A stretch of DNA of 64,000 bases from Firmicutes bacterium UBA4795 (GTDB lineage: Bacteria > Bacillota > Desulfotomaculia > Desulfotomaculales > Nap2-2B): contig DHGP01000006.1 in NCBI GenBank assembly GCA_002402825.1, positions 1,613 to 65,612 on the forward strand. The letters run 5' to 3'. Each line of letters starts with the position of its first letter. Within the stretch, counting starts at the first letter, position 1. The position numbers were made by a program, and so were the translations under genes. Below are positions 1 to 10,566 of this stretch, in pieces. The notes beneath the pieces are model-generated. The model did no database searches and was not told the DNA's origin. It saw only the letters and a program-made list of their open reading frames with translations.

Positions 1-544
1 TCACCTACCGACAGCACTTCGTCAATGAGCAAAATGTCCGGGTCCACGTGGACGGCCACGGCAAAGCCTAAGCGCATGTACATGCCGGAGGAGTAGTTGC
101 GTACGGGGTTATCAATAAAATCACCTAGTTCGGCAAATTCAATGATGTCGTTTAACCTTTCCTTAATTTCTTTTCTGGTAAAGCCCAGGATGGAGGCATT
201 TAAAAATATGTTTTCCCGCCCCGTAAAGTCAGGGTGAAAGCCGGCCCCTAACTCTAAAAGGGTGGAAAGCTTTCCCCTTACCTTCACTTCTCCTTGAGTG
301 GGATAAAGAATCCGGCTGATTATTTTTAACAGCGTGCTTTTGCCCGAACCGTTCCGGCCAATAAGACCGATGGTTTTTCCTTTGGGAACGGCTAAATTTA
401 TATTTCTTAAAGCCCAGAATTCCTCTGTCCGCTGCCTTCCCCAAAAAATAATTCTTTCCTTTAGGGAGTTAGTTTTGTCTTGATAAACCTGAAACTTCTT
501 CCATAAATCTTTTATTTCCACCACATTAGCGTTAAAAAATTCAT
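1..544 (-). CDS. wzt: Wzt-like polysaccharide/teichoic acid ABC transporter ATP-binding subunit (partial, runs off window start)
   Basis: Manual translation from ATG 544: MNFFNANVVEIKDLWKKF...GLIGRNGSGKST (Walker A), then YSSGMYMRLGFAVA and ILLIDEVL; directly follows wzm. Confidence 0.9.
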
Positions 545-550
545 TTATCA

Positions 551-1327
551 CTATATTTCCTCCGCCACGGTCTTCTGAAACCGGCCAAAGGCAGCAAGGC
601 TGATTATAACCAGAACAAGAAGCCCTAAAGTAAGGTAACCTAAAGCGTCCCACTGGGGCCATTTCCCGGCGTAAAAAATACTCCGGTAGGCTTCAATTAT
701 TGGGGTAACAGGATTTAGGTTAAAGATAAACTTTGCTTTTTGGGGGATGACGTCTATCGGATAAAGTACCGGGGTTAAAAAGAACCAGGCCGTCATTAAA
801 ACCCCCATAATGTGCTCTAAATCACGAAAATAAACGTTGGCTATGGCTACCAGAAAAGTTAAAGCAGCAACTAAAAGGGTTTCTACGATTAGGATGGCCG
901 GAAAAGCAATTAAAGCCAGGGTGAGTTCTACCTTAAATATAAGTAATGCCGGAATTAGAATAAGCAGGCTTAAAAGATAATTTACCAGGTTGGTCAATAC
1001 CACTGAAAGGGGCAAAACCTCCCGGGGAAAATAAATTTTTTTTATTAAGGAGCTGTTTTGTACCAAACTTGCCGCTCCTTGCAGGACAGAGGTTGCAAAA
1101 TAATTCCAGGGAAGTAAGGCTACAAATAAAAACATGGCGTAGTTTTTGGTCTGCACTCTCATAACGAAAGAAAAAACTACGCTATAAACAATTAACATTA
1201 GTAGGGGGTTAAAAAAAGTCCAGAAAAATCCCAGCACCGAGCCTTTATACCGGGCCCGCAGTTCCTTGGCCACCAAGTTTTTCAACATTTCCCGGTAAAG
1301 GTAAATTTCTTTTAGCTGTTGCCCCAC
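551..1327 (-). CDS. wzm: Wzm-like ABC-2 permease
   Basis: ELRARYKGSVLGFFW, FRDLEHI, LNPVTPII motifs; GTG 1327 has a GGAGGT SD. Confidence 0.9.
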   Translation of the reverse strand: MGQQLKEIYLYREMLKNLVAKELRARYKGSVLGFFWTFFNPLLMLIVYSVVFSFVMRVQTKNYAMFLFVALLPWNYFATSVLQGAASLVQNSSLIKKIYFPREVLPLSVVLTNLVNYLLSLLILIPALLIFKVELTLALIAFPAILIVETLLVAALTFLVAIANVYFRDLEHIMGVLMTAWFFLTPVLYPIDVIPQKAKFIFNLNPVTPIIEAYRSIFYAGKWPQWDALGYLTLGLLVLVIISLAAFGRFQKTVAEEI

Positions 1328-1625
1328 TAAAATAACCTCCAAATATTAGTTACTTTTTAGATTAATTACTTTTAATTAGTTGGTTCATAAACTTTAAAAA
1401 TCTGAACATAGGTTCATTTTTTGTTTTATAACAACTACCTACCTATTATTACTTATATCATTTTTACGACAATTTTTAAATAATTCTTTGGTTAAGATAT
1501 TGTAAATTTCTTGTTAAGATTTTATTAATTTTATGGCCTGATGCTATTATTTTAAGCTATTTTTCGCCATCAGTTACAATCTTCCTGCTTTGTTTAAAAG
1601 TATAAAGTTTTTTGAGAATACTTAA

Positions 1626-3140
1626 TTCTACTCCGACATATTTCTTGAAAAGTTGTTGAGGATGTGATATGCTTCCTTCATGGAAACTGAAAACGTATTT
1701 TTCGGGATAGACGACTACATGTCGATGTTTGCTCCTTACATTAAAAGAGTTGAGGCAAGAGATCTGGCGCAATGTTACGTAGTCGGGTTGATGATGGATG
1801 GGGACAGGAAGTCTGTCGAGCCGATGTCGGAGAGGGTCCACGCCTCGGAAAGGGGGATGCAGAGGTTGTTGACAGAGGTCAAGTGGGACCGTGACGGCGC
1901 ATTTGGCGAATACAGGAGACGGATGCTTGCTGAGACTGCTGATCCCAAGGGCGTGTTGGTTATCGATGATACGGGATTTCCGAAAAAGGGACGTCATAGT
2001 GCCTGTGTGGTCAGACAGTATTGCGGATCTCTTGGGAAGGTTGACAACTGTCAGATCGGAGTCAGTTTGACCTACGTGGGTCAGGGCTTTGCCTGGCCGT
2101 ACGCGATGGAACTTTTTGTTCCCCAGTCTTGGGACAATCCGGATGATCCTGAATGTGTAGAGAAGCGAAAGAAGACCTACATGCCGGAGGATGTCCATTA
2201 CCGGGAGAAGTGGCAGATGACCATGGATCTGGTTGATCAGGCCAGAACGGATGGGGCGCCCCATCGGGCGGTGGTGGCCGACGGTTGGTATGGAAACATA
2301 ACAGAGTTTCGCCAGGGGTTGGATGACCGGGAAGAGAGCTATGTAGTTGGCATTTATTCGAATACGCAGGTCTTTCTGGAATCTCCGGTTTTCGTTCAAC
2401 CCGATCCCCGGGAGAAGAAAAGAGGAAGAAAGAGGAAATATCCAAAACTGATAGAGACGAATCCCTTACCGGTAAAGGTCTCTGAACTGGGGAAATGTGT
2501 TGCTGGAGGAGACTGGGAGCATCTGGAGATTCGGAGGGATTGTCTGGATAAACCATTGGTGATTGAGGCTGTATCCAGAAGGGTATTTCCTGCCCAGGGC
2601 TACAGGAAGGGAACAACTCATGAGGAAGTCTGGCTGATCATCGAGAGAAGAAAAAAGGATGAAGAACAATGTGAGCTCCGATACTTCTTCAGCAACATGC
2701 CCCAGGACATGCCGACCCTGGAGATGGTTCGTCTTTTTCATGAACGGTTCTGGATTGAACAGGGATACCAGCAATTGAAGGAAGAGCTGGGCCTGGATCA
2801 CCATGAGGGCAGAAGCTGGACCGGTTGGCGTCGGCATGTGCTGCTGGTCATTCTTGCATTCGGTTATCTGACACTCCAGCGCATACAGGAAAAAAAACGC
2901 GTACAGCAGACCCTGTGGTACCAGAGAATGGGAATGACTCAAAGCAGTCTTTCCCAATGAATCCATACTTTTTGGAATCATTGAAGGATCGTCAGTGTCC
3001 CGTTCGTTCCTCAGAGCGATGGCGGAGCAGGCAAAGAGAACTGAAACAAATGCCATCTCTTCCCGATGTCCGGCATTGGATCGCGTTATATTTGATGAAA
3101 ATGTTGATCTGAGCATAATCATTTATGTGTCGGAGTAGGA
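1626..3140 (+). mobile_element. IS701-family insertion sequence (1515 bp)
   Basis: Terminal IRs TTCTACTCCGACATAT / reverse complement TCCTACTCCGACACAT; TTAA on both flanks (1622-1625, 3141-3144); higher GC than surroundings. Confidence 0.9.
1680..2960 (+). CDS. IS701-family DDE transposase
   Basis: VIDDTGFPKKG, RQYCGSLGKVDNCQ, VVADGWYG, RFWIEQGYQQLKEELGLDHHEGRSW motifs. Confidence 0.93.
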   Translation: METENVFFGIDDYMSMFAPYIKRVEARDLAQCYVVGLMMDGDRKSVEPMSERVHASERGMQRLLTEVKWDRDGAFGEYRRRMLAETADPKGVLVIDDTGFPKKGRHSACVVRQYCGSLGKVDNCQIGVSLTYVGQGFAWPYAMELFVPQSWDNPDDPECVEKRKKTYMPEDVHYREKWQMTMDLVDQARTDGAPHRAVVADGWYGNITEFRQGLDDREESYVVGIYSNTQVFLESPVFVQPDPREKKRGRKRKYPKLIETNPLPVKVSELGKCVAGGDWEHLEIRRDCLDKPLVIEAVSRRVFPAQGYRKGTTHEEVWLIIERRKKDEEQCELRYFFSNMPQDMPTLEMVRLFHERFWIEQGYQQLKEELGLDHHEGRSWTGWRRHVLLVILAFGYLTLQRIQEKKRVQQTLWYQRMGMTQSSLSQ

Positions 3141-3254
3141 TTAAAAGAACAAAAGAATAATTAGCTTACCGGGTATAAAAAATAATAAAGGTTTTTAATT
3201 TGATATAAAAATACATAATAATTTTTACTTGTATAACAGGATGTAGATAGAGGG

Positions 3255-4064
3255 GTGTTTAAATTGCCTTTCGGCCGTATCTTAATCTTTTTTCTTCTTT
3301 CTCTTTTTGTTTTGTCCTGTCAGTTTGGAGTAGTTGCTGACGCCGGCGAGACACAAAAGCAGCCGCTAAAATATTGTGCTTGTTATTATGAATATCTGTC
3401 TGGGCTTAAAAAATCTTTTCAAGAAGGTAACAAAGCAATAAACTGGAAGTATGCTCTTAGTCAACCTCCTGAAAATAATGTTCCCTCCCCCTATCATGAT
3501 GTATGTATTTTAATTGATACTTTTAATTTAACCCTATCTGTTTTTTCAGATAAAAAACTCATCCAGAAATATCCGGTAGCCGTGGGCAAGCCGCAGTACG
3601 AAACACCGGTCGGGACCTGGAAAGTAGTTGAAAAATCCGCTTATTATGCTCCCGGTACGGGCAGCCGGTGGATGAGGTTAAATATTTACAGCGGTGTGTA
3701 CGGTATTCACGGCACTGATAATCCCTGGTCAATTGGCACTTATGCCAGCCACGGCTGTGTGCGGATGCATAATGCTCACGTGGAAGAAGTTTACTCCTGG
3801 GTTACCGAAGGAACACCGGTTATTATTGTGGGCAACCCTTTTTATAATCAAGCAGGCGAATGTTACACCTTCCAAAAGGGGGCTTGTGGTCTGGCGGTTT
3901 ACGAAGTCCAACGCATTTTAAGACGCCTTGGTTATACCCAGGATGCCCCGGATGGTATTTTTGGCCTTAAAACAGAAAAGGCGTTAATAGCTTTTCGACG
4001 GAAAAATGGTTTGTCGGCCGAAGGAATTATAGACAGCGAGGTTTACCGGTTATTAGGATGGTAA
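3255..4064 (+). CDS. L,D-transpeptidase (YkuD) with C-terminal peptidoglycan-binding domain
   Basis: YGIHGT...SHGCVRM catalytic motif; DGIFGLKTEKAL PG-binding motif; signal peptide. Confidence 0.88.
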   Translation: MFKLPFGRILIFFLLSLFVLSCQFGVVADAGETQKQPLKYCACYYEYLSGLKKSFQEGNKAINWKYALSQPPENNVPSPYHDVCILIDTFNLTLSVFSDKKLIQKYPVAVGKPQYETPVGTWKVVEKSAYYAPGTGSRWMRLNIYSGVYGIHGTDNPWSIGTYASHGCVRMHNAHVEEVYSWVTEGTPVIIVGNPFYNQAGECYTFQKGACGLAVYEVQRILRRLGYTQDAPDGIFGLKTEKALIAFRRKNGLSAEGIIDSEVYRLLGW

Positions 4065-4228
4065 TTAAATAAATCAAAAACCTTTGCCCTAAGTGTCTAT
4101 AAATCTTGTAATTTCTTTAGGTAACCTATAATATTTTAACTTAGTATCCTAAATTCCTAATTCCTAATTAATTAATTAATTGTATCAACTTAACATGATA
4201 AAAATGAAAGACGGTTGGCTTATCTTTA

Positions 4229-5629
4229 ATGAACTTCTGGCCAAATTTTTACAAACTTTTTAAAAAAGAGGATTTAACCAGCGGTAGTATAACTAAAAAT
4301 ATTTTATCAGTTGTTTTTCCCCTATGGATTGGAACTATTTTCTATACCATCTTCACGGGGCTGGATACCTATTGGGTTAGCCGTTTGGGTTCTGCCGCGA
4401 TTGCCGCGGTAACCGTGGGAGGAAGCGGCTATATGTTTTTTTGGACTGCCCTGGTTGGTTTATCCAATGCTACCATTGCTATTTTAGGTGAGTTGGTAGG
4501 GCAAAAAGATTATGAAGGCGCAAGTATTTTAAGTGGGGAAATTTTAGCTATAACCATGGCAGCCTCTTTCGGGTTGGGATTTGTTGGTTATTTAATTACC
4601 CCCAGTTTGCTAAAATTGTTGGGCGCCTCTCCGGAAGTAGCGGTTTTAGCTACCGGATACTTAAGGATTTATATGGCTGGAGCAATAATAACTTTCCCTG
4701 TTTATGTAATTAATAGTATTTTACGCAGCGGGGGAGATATGCTCTCGCCCATGCTGATTGTATGCGGGCAAATAATCCTTAATCTTGTTTTAGATCCTTT
4801 ACTTATTCTGGGTGTTGGTTTTCCAAAATTAGGTGTTGATGGTGCCGCCCTTGCCGGGGTGATTGCCGGAGCAGCAGGCACTTTAGCCGGTATTTGGGTT
4901 CTATTTAAGGGGAAATCTTTTATAAAGTTGGATTTAAAAAAAATTAAACTTTATTTTCCTCGTTTACATACGTTAAAAGAAACACTACGGTTAGTCGGAC
5001 CTAATACGGTTGAGATGTTAGGTATAAGCGTGGTGGGGCTGGTAATGATAGGGATTGTTGCCCGATGGGGAACCAACGCTTTAGCGGCTTATGGCATTGG
5101 TACAAGGCTTTTAACGCTGGCCTCTTTACCCGGCCTTGACCTGGCGATGGCTACGGCCATAATAATGTCAAACAACGCTGGAGCGGGAAAAATAAAACGT
5201 GCCATGGCCAGTACTTGGACAGCCGCAGGCTTCAATATGCTAATTATGGGAGTGGGAGGCATTGTTTTATTTGTCTTTACCAGAGAAGTGGTCCGTTTAT
5301 TTGTCCTTAACCCTGAGGTAGTAAATGTTAGCATTAATTACCTTAAAATAACCGTACCAGGCTGGCTTTTTTTGGCCGTCTGGACCATTTTTAGGCGAGC
5401 TTTTATTGGGGCCAAAGATGTCGCCACCCCTTTATTTATTTCTTTTTTTACCTTAATCGGGGTTCAAATTCCTATAGCCATTTACCTTCCTAAAACAGCC
5501 AACATAGGGGTAAATGGGGTCTGGTGGGCTATTTTAGCTGCCACATTAGGTCAAGGGATAATTTCTGTGGTTTTGTTTCAACACGGCAGGTGGAAGGCAA
5601 ATATAGAAAGTAAGCCTATTAAGATTTAA
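4229..5629 (+). CDS. MATE family efflux transporter
   Basis: DLTSGSITK N-terminus, DTYWVSRLG, NLVLDPLLI...LGVDGAALA, many TM segments. Confidence 0.9.
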   Translation: MNFWPNFYKLFKKEDLTSGSITKNILSVVFPLWIGTIFYTIFTGLDTYWVSRLGSAAIAAVTVGGSGYMFFWTALVGLSNATIAILGELVGQKDYEGASILSGEILAITMAASFGLGFVGYLITPSLLKLLGASPEVAVLATGYLRIYMAGAIITFPVYVINSILRSGGDMLSPMLIVCGQIILNLVLDPLLILGVGFPKLGVDGAALAGVIAGAAGTLAGIWVLFKGKSFIKLDLKKIKLYFPRLHTLKETLRLVGPNTVEMLGISVVGLVMIGIVARWGTNALAAYGIGTRLLTLASLPGLDLAMATAIIMSNNAGAGKIKRAMASTWTAAGFNMLIMGVGGIVLFVFTREVVRLFVLNPEVVNVSINYLKITVPGWLFLAVWTIFRRAFIGAKDVATPLFISFFTLIGVQIPIAIYLPKTANIGVNGVWWAILAATLGQGIISVVLFQHGRWKANIESKPIKI

Positions 5630-5649
5630 GGCCAATGGCTTAATTATCA

Positions 5650-5685
5650 CCCCCACTCTAACCCTCTCCCTCAAAAGGGGAGGGA
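5650..5685. repeat. CCCxCxCTAACCCTCTCCC...GGGAGGG hairpin repeat (single copy)
   Basis: Same family as the cluster at 39846-39964; lies between convergent MATE and glnA. Confidence 0.7.
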
Positions 5686-5711
5686 AGAAAGTACCTACAT
5701 AAAACATTTTA

Positions 5712-7043
5712 CTAATATTTAGTTAAGTACTCTTTTAATTCCCAAGGGTGTACTTGTGTCCGGTAATTATCCCATTCAATTTGTTTTGCTTCTAGGAAGC
5801 GATTTAGTACGTGAGGGCCGAGGGCTTCGGCAATCACCTTATCATTCCTTAATTCTTGCAAGGCCTCAAAAAGATTTAAAGGTAAGCTCCCAATGCCGGC
5901 CTCTTCCCGTTCTGAAGGGGTCATGGCGTAAATATTCCGGTCGCACGGTGGGGGCGGAAGGATTTGATTTTTAATTCCGTCCAAACCGGCCTTTAAACAC
6001 ACGGCTAAAGCAAGATACGGGTTGCAGGACGGGTCGGGACTGCGAAACTCAATGCGGGTAGATGACCTTCGTTTAGCTGGGATTCGAATTAGAGGGCTGC
6101 GGTTTCGAAAAGACCAGGCAATATAAACCGGGGCCTCGTAGCCTGAAATTAAGCGTTTATATGAGTTTACCGTAGGGTTGGTAATGGTGGTGATTGCCCG
6201 CGCGTGCCGCATGATTCCGCCAATAAAATAAAGGCAGGTGTTGCTTAATTGCGCGTGAGCCTCCGGATCGTAAAAACAGTTTATACCATCTTTTATTAAA
6301 GATAAATTAAGGTGCATCCCGGAACCGGCAAAGCCGTGTATTGGTTTAGGCATAAAGGTAGCGTGCAAACCATGTCTTTGCGCGATGGTCCGGACGACAA
6401 ATCTAAAAGTAACAATTTTGTCGGCGGTGTCTAAGGCGTCGGCATATTTAAAGTCAATTTCGTGCTGCCCAGGGGCAACTTCATGGTGCGAGGCTTCAAT
6501 TTCAAAGCCCATTTGTTCTAAAGTAAGCACCATATCCCGCCGGGCATTTTCTCCTAAATCAACCGGCGTAAGGTCAAAGTAACCGGCCTGGTCATGGGTA
6601 TTGGTGGTAGGTTTTCCTTCGGGGTCAAGATGAAAGAGGAAAAATTCTGCCTCAGGACCAACGTACATGGCAAGCCCTAATTCTTTTGCCTCGGCAATGG
6701 CGCGCTTTAAAACGCAGCGGGGATCACCAACAAAGGGGGTGCCATCAGCGTTGTAAATATCACAAATTAAGCGGGCTACTGCTCCTTCACGCGGGCGCCA
6801 CGGAAAGGTAACAAAGGTAGCCGGGTCAGGCCGCAAATACATATCAGATTCTTCAATCCGCACAAATCCCTCAATGGAAGAACCATCAAACATTAGTTCT
6901 CCGGCTAGAGCCTTATCTAATTGTTCAATGGTAATGGAAACATTTTTTAACACTCCCAAAATATCAGTAAACTGTAAACGAATAAATTTAACCCCTAATT
7001 CTCTGGCTAAGTTAAGTACGTCATCTGCTGTCTGGATTACCAC
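5712..7043 (-). CDS. glnA: Glutamine synthetase type I
   Basis: [38 protein letters not shown] motifs. Confidence 0.97.
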   Translation of the reverse strand: MVIQTADDVLNLARELGVKFIRLQFTDILGVLKNVSITIEQLDKALAGELMFDGSSIEGFVRIEESDMYLRPDPATFVTFPWRPREGAVARLICDIYNADGTPFVGDPRCVLKRAIAEAKELGLAMYVGPEAEFFLFHLDPEGKPTTNTHDQAGYFDLTPVDLGENARRDMVLTLEQMGFEIEASHHEVAPGQHEIDFKYADALDTADKIVTFRFVVRTIAQRHGLHATFMPKPIHGFAGSGMHLNLSLIKDGINCFYDPEAHAQLSNTCLYFIGGIMRHARAITTITNPTVNSYKRLISGYEAPVYIAWSFRNRSPLIRIPAKRRSSTRIEFRSPDPSCNPYLALAVCLKAGLDGIKNQILPPPPCDRNIYAMTPSEREEAGIGSLPLNLFEALQELRNDKVIAEALGPHVLNRFLEAKQIEWDNYRTQVHPWELKEYLTKY

Positions 7044-7084
7044 TATTTTGAATCCACCCCTTCTTTTTTATCCGGGCTAATCAA

Positions 7085-7167
7085 TAAAAAAGCCTCAACC
7101 ACAGGCTGCTTTTTCAAAAGCCTGCTCTGAAGGCCCCCTTGCCCCAAAAAAGATACAACTTTGTACC
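7085..7167 (-). promoter_or_regulatory. ANTAR-type dual-hairpin antitermination leader with intrinsic terminator upstream of glnA
   Basis: Minus strand P1 GGTAC-AAAGTT-GTATC and P2 GGC-AAGGGG-GCC (hexaloops with A1 and G4); P2 3' arm overlaps terminator GCCTTCA...TGAGGC-T6. Confidence 0.8.
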
Positions 7168-7290
7168 TTTTATTTTAACCTGACCATAAGTATAACATAT
7201 TTTTTAAAAAAAGAAAGAGTTTTTAATTAGGCAGGATTTTTTAACTTAAATAACGAATTGCTAAAGTAAGAAAGAAGGGAAAAGGTCAAC

Positions 7291-7584
7291 ATGGATAAAG
7301 GCCAAGGAAAAGGAAACCGCGTTATAATTACCGTGCTTGGACCTGACCGGGTGGGAATTATTGCTGGGGTTGCGCAGGTGCTGACCGAAAACAATATTAA
7401 TATTCTGGATATCAGCCAGACTATCTTACAGGAATTTTTGGCTATGGTTATGATTGCCGATATGGAAAAAAGTAAATTAGACTTAAACACCTTAAAAAAA
7501 CAACTTTTGGCTAAAGGTAAGGAAATTGGAGTCCGTATTGATGCCCAGCACGAAGATGCTTTTCGGTATATGCACCGCATTTAA
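7291..7584 (+). CDS. ACT domain protein (UPF0237)
   Basis: IITVLGPDRVGIIA, NILDISQT, QHEDAFRYMHRI; typical partner of DUF711. Confidence 0.9.
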   Translation: MDKGQGKGNRVIITVLGPDRVGIIAGVAQVLTENNINILDISQTILQEFLAMVMIADMEKSKLDLNTLKKQLLAKGKEIGVRIDAQHEDAFRYMHRI

Positions 7585-7609
7585 TATTTTTTAAAAGGGA
7601 GATAAACCC

Positions 7610-8968
7610 ATGCTTACCTTAGCGGAAATAATGGAAACAATTAAAATGGTTCAGGAAGAAAACCTGGATATCCGGACCGTTACTATGGGCATTAATTTGC
7701 AGGATTGTGCCGATCATAATCCTGCTGTAGCGCAGCAAAAGATTTACCATAAGATTACTAGTCGGGCTAAAAATATAGTAACGGTAGGAAATGATTTGGC
7801 CCGGGAGTATGGTATCCCTATTGTAAATAAACGGATTGCCGTAACTCCTATTTCTTTAATTGCCGGATGCACTCCCGAGGCTGATTACACAGATTTTGCT
7901 TTATGCTTGGATAAGGCAGCTAAGGCAGTAGGGGTTAATTTTATTGGCGGCTTTACGGCCTTTGTTCATAAAGGCTTTACCGCCAGCGATGAAAAGCTAA
8001 TTTATTCTATTCCCGCTGCGCTAAAGCAGACGGAAAGAGTGTGTGCTTCAGTTAACGTGGCTACTACTAAAGCAGGCATAAATATGGATGCCGTATATTT
8101 AATGGGTAAAATAATTAAACAAACTGCCCAGGCAACCGCGGCCCAAAACGGCCTTGGTTGCGCCAAGCTGGTGGTCTTTTGTAATATTCCTGAGGACAAT
8201 CCTTTTATGGCCGGAGCTGTTCATGGCATCGGTGAACCAGAGTGCACTATTAACGTAGGAATATCAGGGCCTGGGGTGATAAAAAGCGTAGTGGAAAAAA
8301 ACAAAAGGTGCGACCTTGGTATTTTGGCGGAGATAGTGAAAAAAACAGCTTTTAAGATTACCCGCATGGGAGAGCTTATCGGCCGTTTGGCGGCAGACCG
8401 TTTAGGGGTTCCTTTTGGGATAGTGGACATTTCTTTAGCACCTACGCCGGCGATAGGGGACAGCGTCGCAGAGATCCTTGAAGCGATGGGTTTAGAGCGT
8501 TTTGGTACCCATGGTACTACCGCGGCACTGGCCCTCTTAACTGATGCCTTAAAGAAAGGTGGGGCTATGGCTTCCTCGTACGTGGGCGGGCTTTCAGGAA
8601 CTTTTATTCCGGTTAGTGAAGATGCTTGCCTGGCCAAAGCAGCGGCCAAAGGAGCATTGAGTCTGGATAAATTAGAGGCTTTAACCGGTGTCTGCTCGGT
8701 AGGGCTGGATATGATTGCCGTGCCTGGCGATACCAGCCCGGAGACTATTGCCGCTATTATTGCCGATGAAATATCTATGGGGGTAGTAAACCGCAAATCT
8801 ACGGCCGTTCGGATCATTCCTGTACCGGGAAAAAAAGTTGGTGATTACGTAGAATTTGGTGGCTTGTTGGGCCGGGCACCCGTGATGTCAGTGCACCAGT
8901 TTTCCAGCCACGAATTTATCTGCCGGGGAGGGCGTGTTCCCGCCCCTTTGTGCAGCCTGGGTAATTAG
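7610..8968 (+). CDS. PFL-like protein UPF0210/DUF711
   Basis: [34 protein letters not shown] motifs. Confidence 0.92.
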   Translation: MLTLAEIMETIKMVQEENLDIRTVTMGINLQDCADHNPAVAQQKIYHKITSRAKNIVTVGNDLAREYGIPIVNKRIAVTPISLIAGCTPEADYTDFALCLDKAAKAVGVNFIGGFTAFVHKGFTASDEKLIYSIPAALKQTERVCASVNVATTKAGINMDAVYLMGKIIKQTAQATAAQNGLGCAKLVVFCNIPEDNPFMAGAVHGIGEPECTINVGISGPGVIKSVVEKNKRCDLGILAEIVKKTAFKITRMGELIGRLAADRLGVPFGIVDISLAPTPAIGDSVAEILEAMGLERFGTHGTTAALALLTDALKKGGAMASSYVGGLSGTFIPVSEDACLAKAAAKGALSLDKLEALTGVCSVGLDMIAVPGDTSPETIAAIIADEISMGVVNRKSTAVRIIPVPGKKVGDYVEFGGLLGRAPVMSVHQFSSHEFICRGGRVPAPLCSLGN

Positions 8969-8988
8969 ACCATTAAGGGAGGGTCAAA

Positions 8989-9678
8989 ATGAAGCCTTTT
9001 CAGGTTTGGGAAGGGGTTTACCTGATTGGAGGGCCGCAAATTACTTCTGGCGATGATTGTTGCGTTTATCTTTTGGACGGGAAAGGTGAACTGGCCTTAA
9101 TTGACGCAGGATTAGGGCACAGTGTCAGTTTTCTATGGGATAATATAGTCCGTTTAGGTTTTGGACCCGAGATGATTAATTATATTATTATCACCCACGG
9201 CCATATTGACCATGTTGGTGGCCTGGCTTATTTTTGCGCTAAAACAAAGGCCAGGGTGGTTGCTCACGAACTAGAACTACCAGCCATAGAAGGCAAGGAT
9301 CTGGCGTTAACCGGAGCTGCCCTTTATCAGGTTCCATACCAGCCGGTAAAGGTAGACCTTATCTTAAAAAAACCGGCCGAAACCTTACCGGTAGGCAGGG
9401 AAAAAATAAATTGCCTCCATACCCCGGGGCATACGCCGGGAGGAATTTCTCCTTACGTAGATTTAGGCGGAAAAAGAATTTTATTTGGCCAGGATATACA
9501 CGGCCCCTTTAACCCGGCCTGGGGCTCAAATTTACAAGCGTGGAGACAGTCAATGCAAAAGCTGCTTAGTTTAAACGCGGATGTTCTTTGCGAAGGCCAT
9601 TTTAGTATTTTTCAGCCTAAAGAAAAGGTAAGTAATTATATAAACTATTATTTGCGATTGTACAGCCAAGAAAAATAG
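8989..9678 (+). CDS. MBL-fold metallo-hydrolase
   Basis: THGHIDHVGG, TPGHTPG, EGH motifs. Confidence 0.9.
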   Translation: MKPFQVWEGVYLIGGPQITSGDDCCVYLLDGKGELALIDAGLGHSVSFLWDNIVRLGFGPEMINYIIITHGHIDHVGGLAYFCAKTKARVVAHELELPAIEGKDLALTGAALYQVPYQPVKVDLILKKPAETLPVGREKINCLHTPGHTPGGISPYVDLGGKRILFGQDIHGPFNPAWGSNLQAWRQSMQKLLSLNADVLCEGHFSIFQPKEKVSNYINYYLRLYSQEK

Positions 9679-9702
9679 GGGCGTTAAATTTAACGCCCCT
9701 AC
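9675..9702. repeat. GTAG-type REP-like palindrome, family A (consensus GTAGGGGCGTTAAATTTAACGCCCCTAC)
   Basis: Near-perfect 28-bp palindrome; its TAG is the stop codon of the MBL gene. Confidence 0.85.
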
Positions 9703-9713
9703 CATACCTTTGC

Positions 9714-10013
9714 TTAGTACGCCCGTGCTTTAAGTTGGTAACAATCTTTACAATAAACAGGTCTTACATTACTGGGACGAAAAGGAACCTGACATGCTTG
9801 CCCGCAGCGAGCACATACCGCATCATACATTTCTCTGTTTTGACGGCTCTGCATCCCGCGGCTATTACGGTATTGTTTACGGGCTGCCCGGCAATCAGGG
9901 CAACGAGACGGCTCGTTTTGAAAGCCCTTCGCAGCATAAAATTCCTGTTCACTGGCTGAAAAAACAAAATCCTTACCACATTCCCGACAGTTTAAAGTTT
10001 TATCCTCGAACAA
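9714..10013 (-). CDS. Zinc-ribbon protein with CxxC-x17-CxxC domain
   Basis: EDKTLNCRECG...EQEFY...NEPSRCPDCR and CARCG...VPFRP...PVYCKDC. Confidence 0.9.
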   Translation of the reverse strand: MFEDKTLNCRECGKDFVFSASEQEFYAAKGFQNEPSRCPDCRAARKQYRNSRGMQSRQNREMYDAVCARCGQACQVPFRPSNVRPVYCKDCYQLKARAY

Positions 10014-10141
10014 ATTAATAACCTCCTTCTCTAAGTTTTTCGTCCTTCCTTAGTTTGGCTTAAAGACGGAGGTTAAGGGATTTGTTCTTTTCCTACTTAA
10101 GCGTTCCGGGTCTAAAGCCACTTAGTTAAGACGATATTTTA

Positions 10142-10170
10142 ATTATAACAGCAGTTATTTACAAAAGCAA
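10142..10170 (-). promoter_or_regulatory. Sigma-A-type promoter for the zinc-ribbon gene
   Basis: TTGCTT-17 nt-TATAAT with TG extended -10. Confidence 0.65.
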
Positions 10171-10344
10171 ACAATTTTTAGCGGACAAAGTTTTTCTTTT
10201 TTTATAAATTTCTGTATGGTAATATTTAGTATATTTATTTTTCTTTATTTTTTTCTTTAAACTAATTATAATTTAATTCTAGTTAGCAAACAAGACAATA
10301 AAAGGGTAAAATATAGATATAAACAATAAGGGGGGAACAAGGTC

Positions 10345-10566
10345 TTGCCTAAAGCATACAAGGCGGACTATCGGGTAAATCTACTTAAGGCAAATATTAC
10401 AGGCATTGAAGTTACTTGTTGCGGTCATCACTTGGGGGAAATGCGCTTTCAAAATAACGAAGGCCTTTTTTGTCCCGTTTGTGGTACTCATCATACGGTA
10501 ATTTTACAACATAATCATTTTCATATTCGCCAAAATCAACTAATTAAAGGGGATGATAAAATTTAA
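10345..10566 (+). CDS. Small Cys/His-rich hypothetical protein
   Basis: G-rich SD before TTG; CCGHH, CPVC, HNHFH; overlaps start of the downstream mutase gene. Confidence 0.65.
   Translation: MPKAYKADYRVNLLKANITGIEVTCCGHHLGEMRFQNNEGLFCPVCGTHHTVILQHNHFHIRQNQLIKGDDKI

Noticed and set aside
229-444. 71-aa minus-strand ORF
   Set aside because: Alternate frame of wzt.
1557-3122. Long antisense ORFs (280, 184 and 218 aa) over the IS
   Set aside because: Shadows of the GC-richer transposase with no motifs; one crosses the IS boundary.
4140-4182. ATTCCTA x2-3 and TAAT run upstream of MATE
   Set aside because: Too short and AT-rich to separate from chance; at most a decayed heptamer arm.
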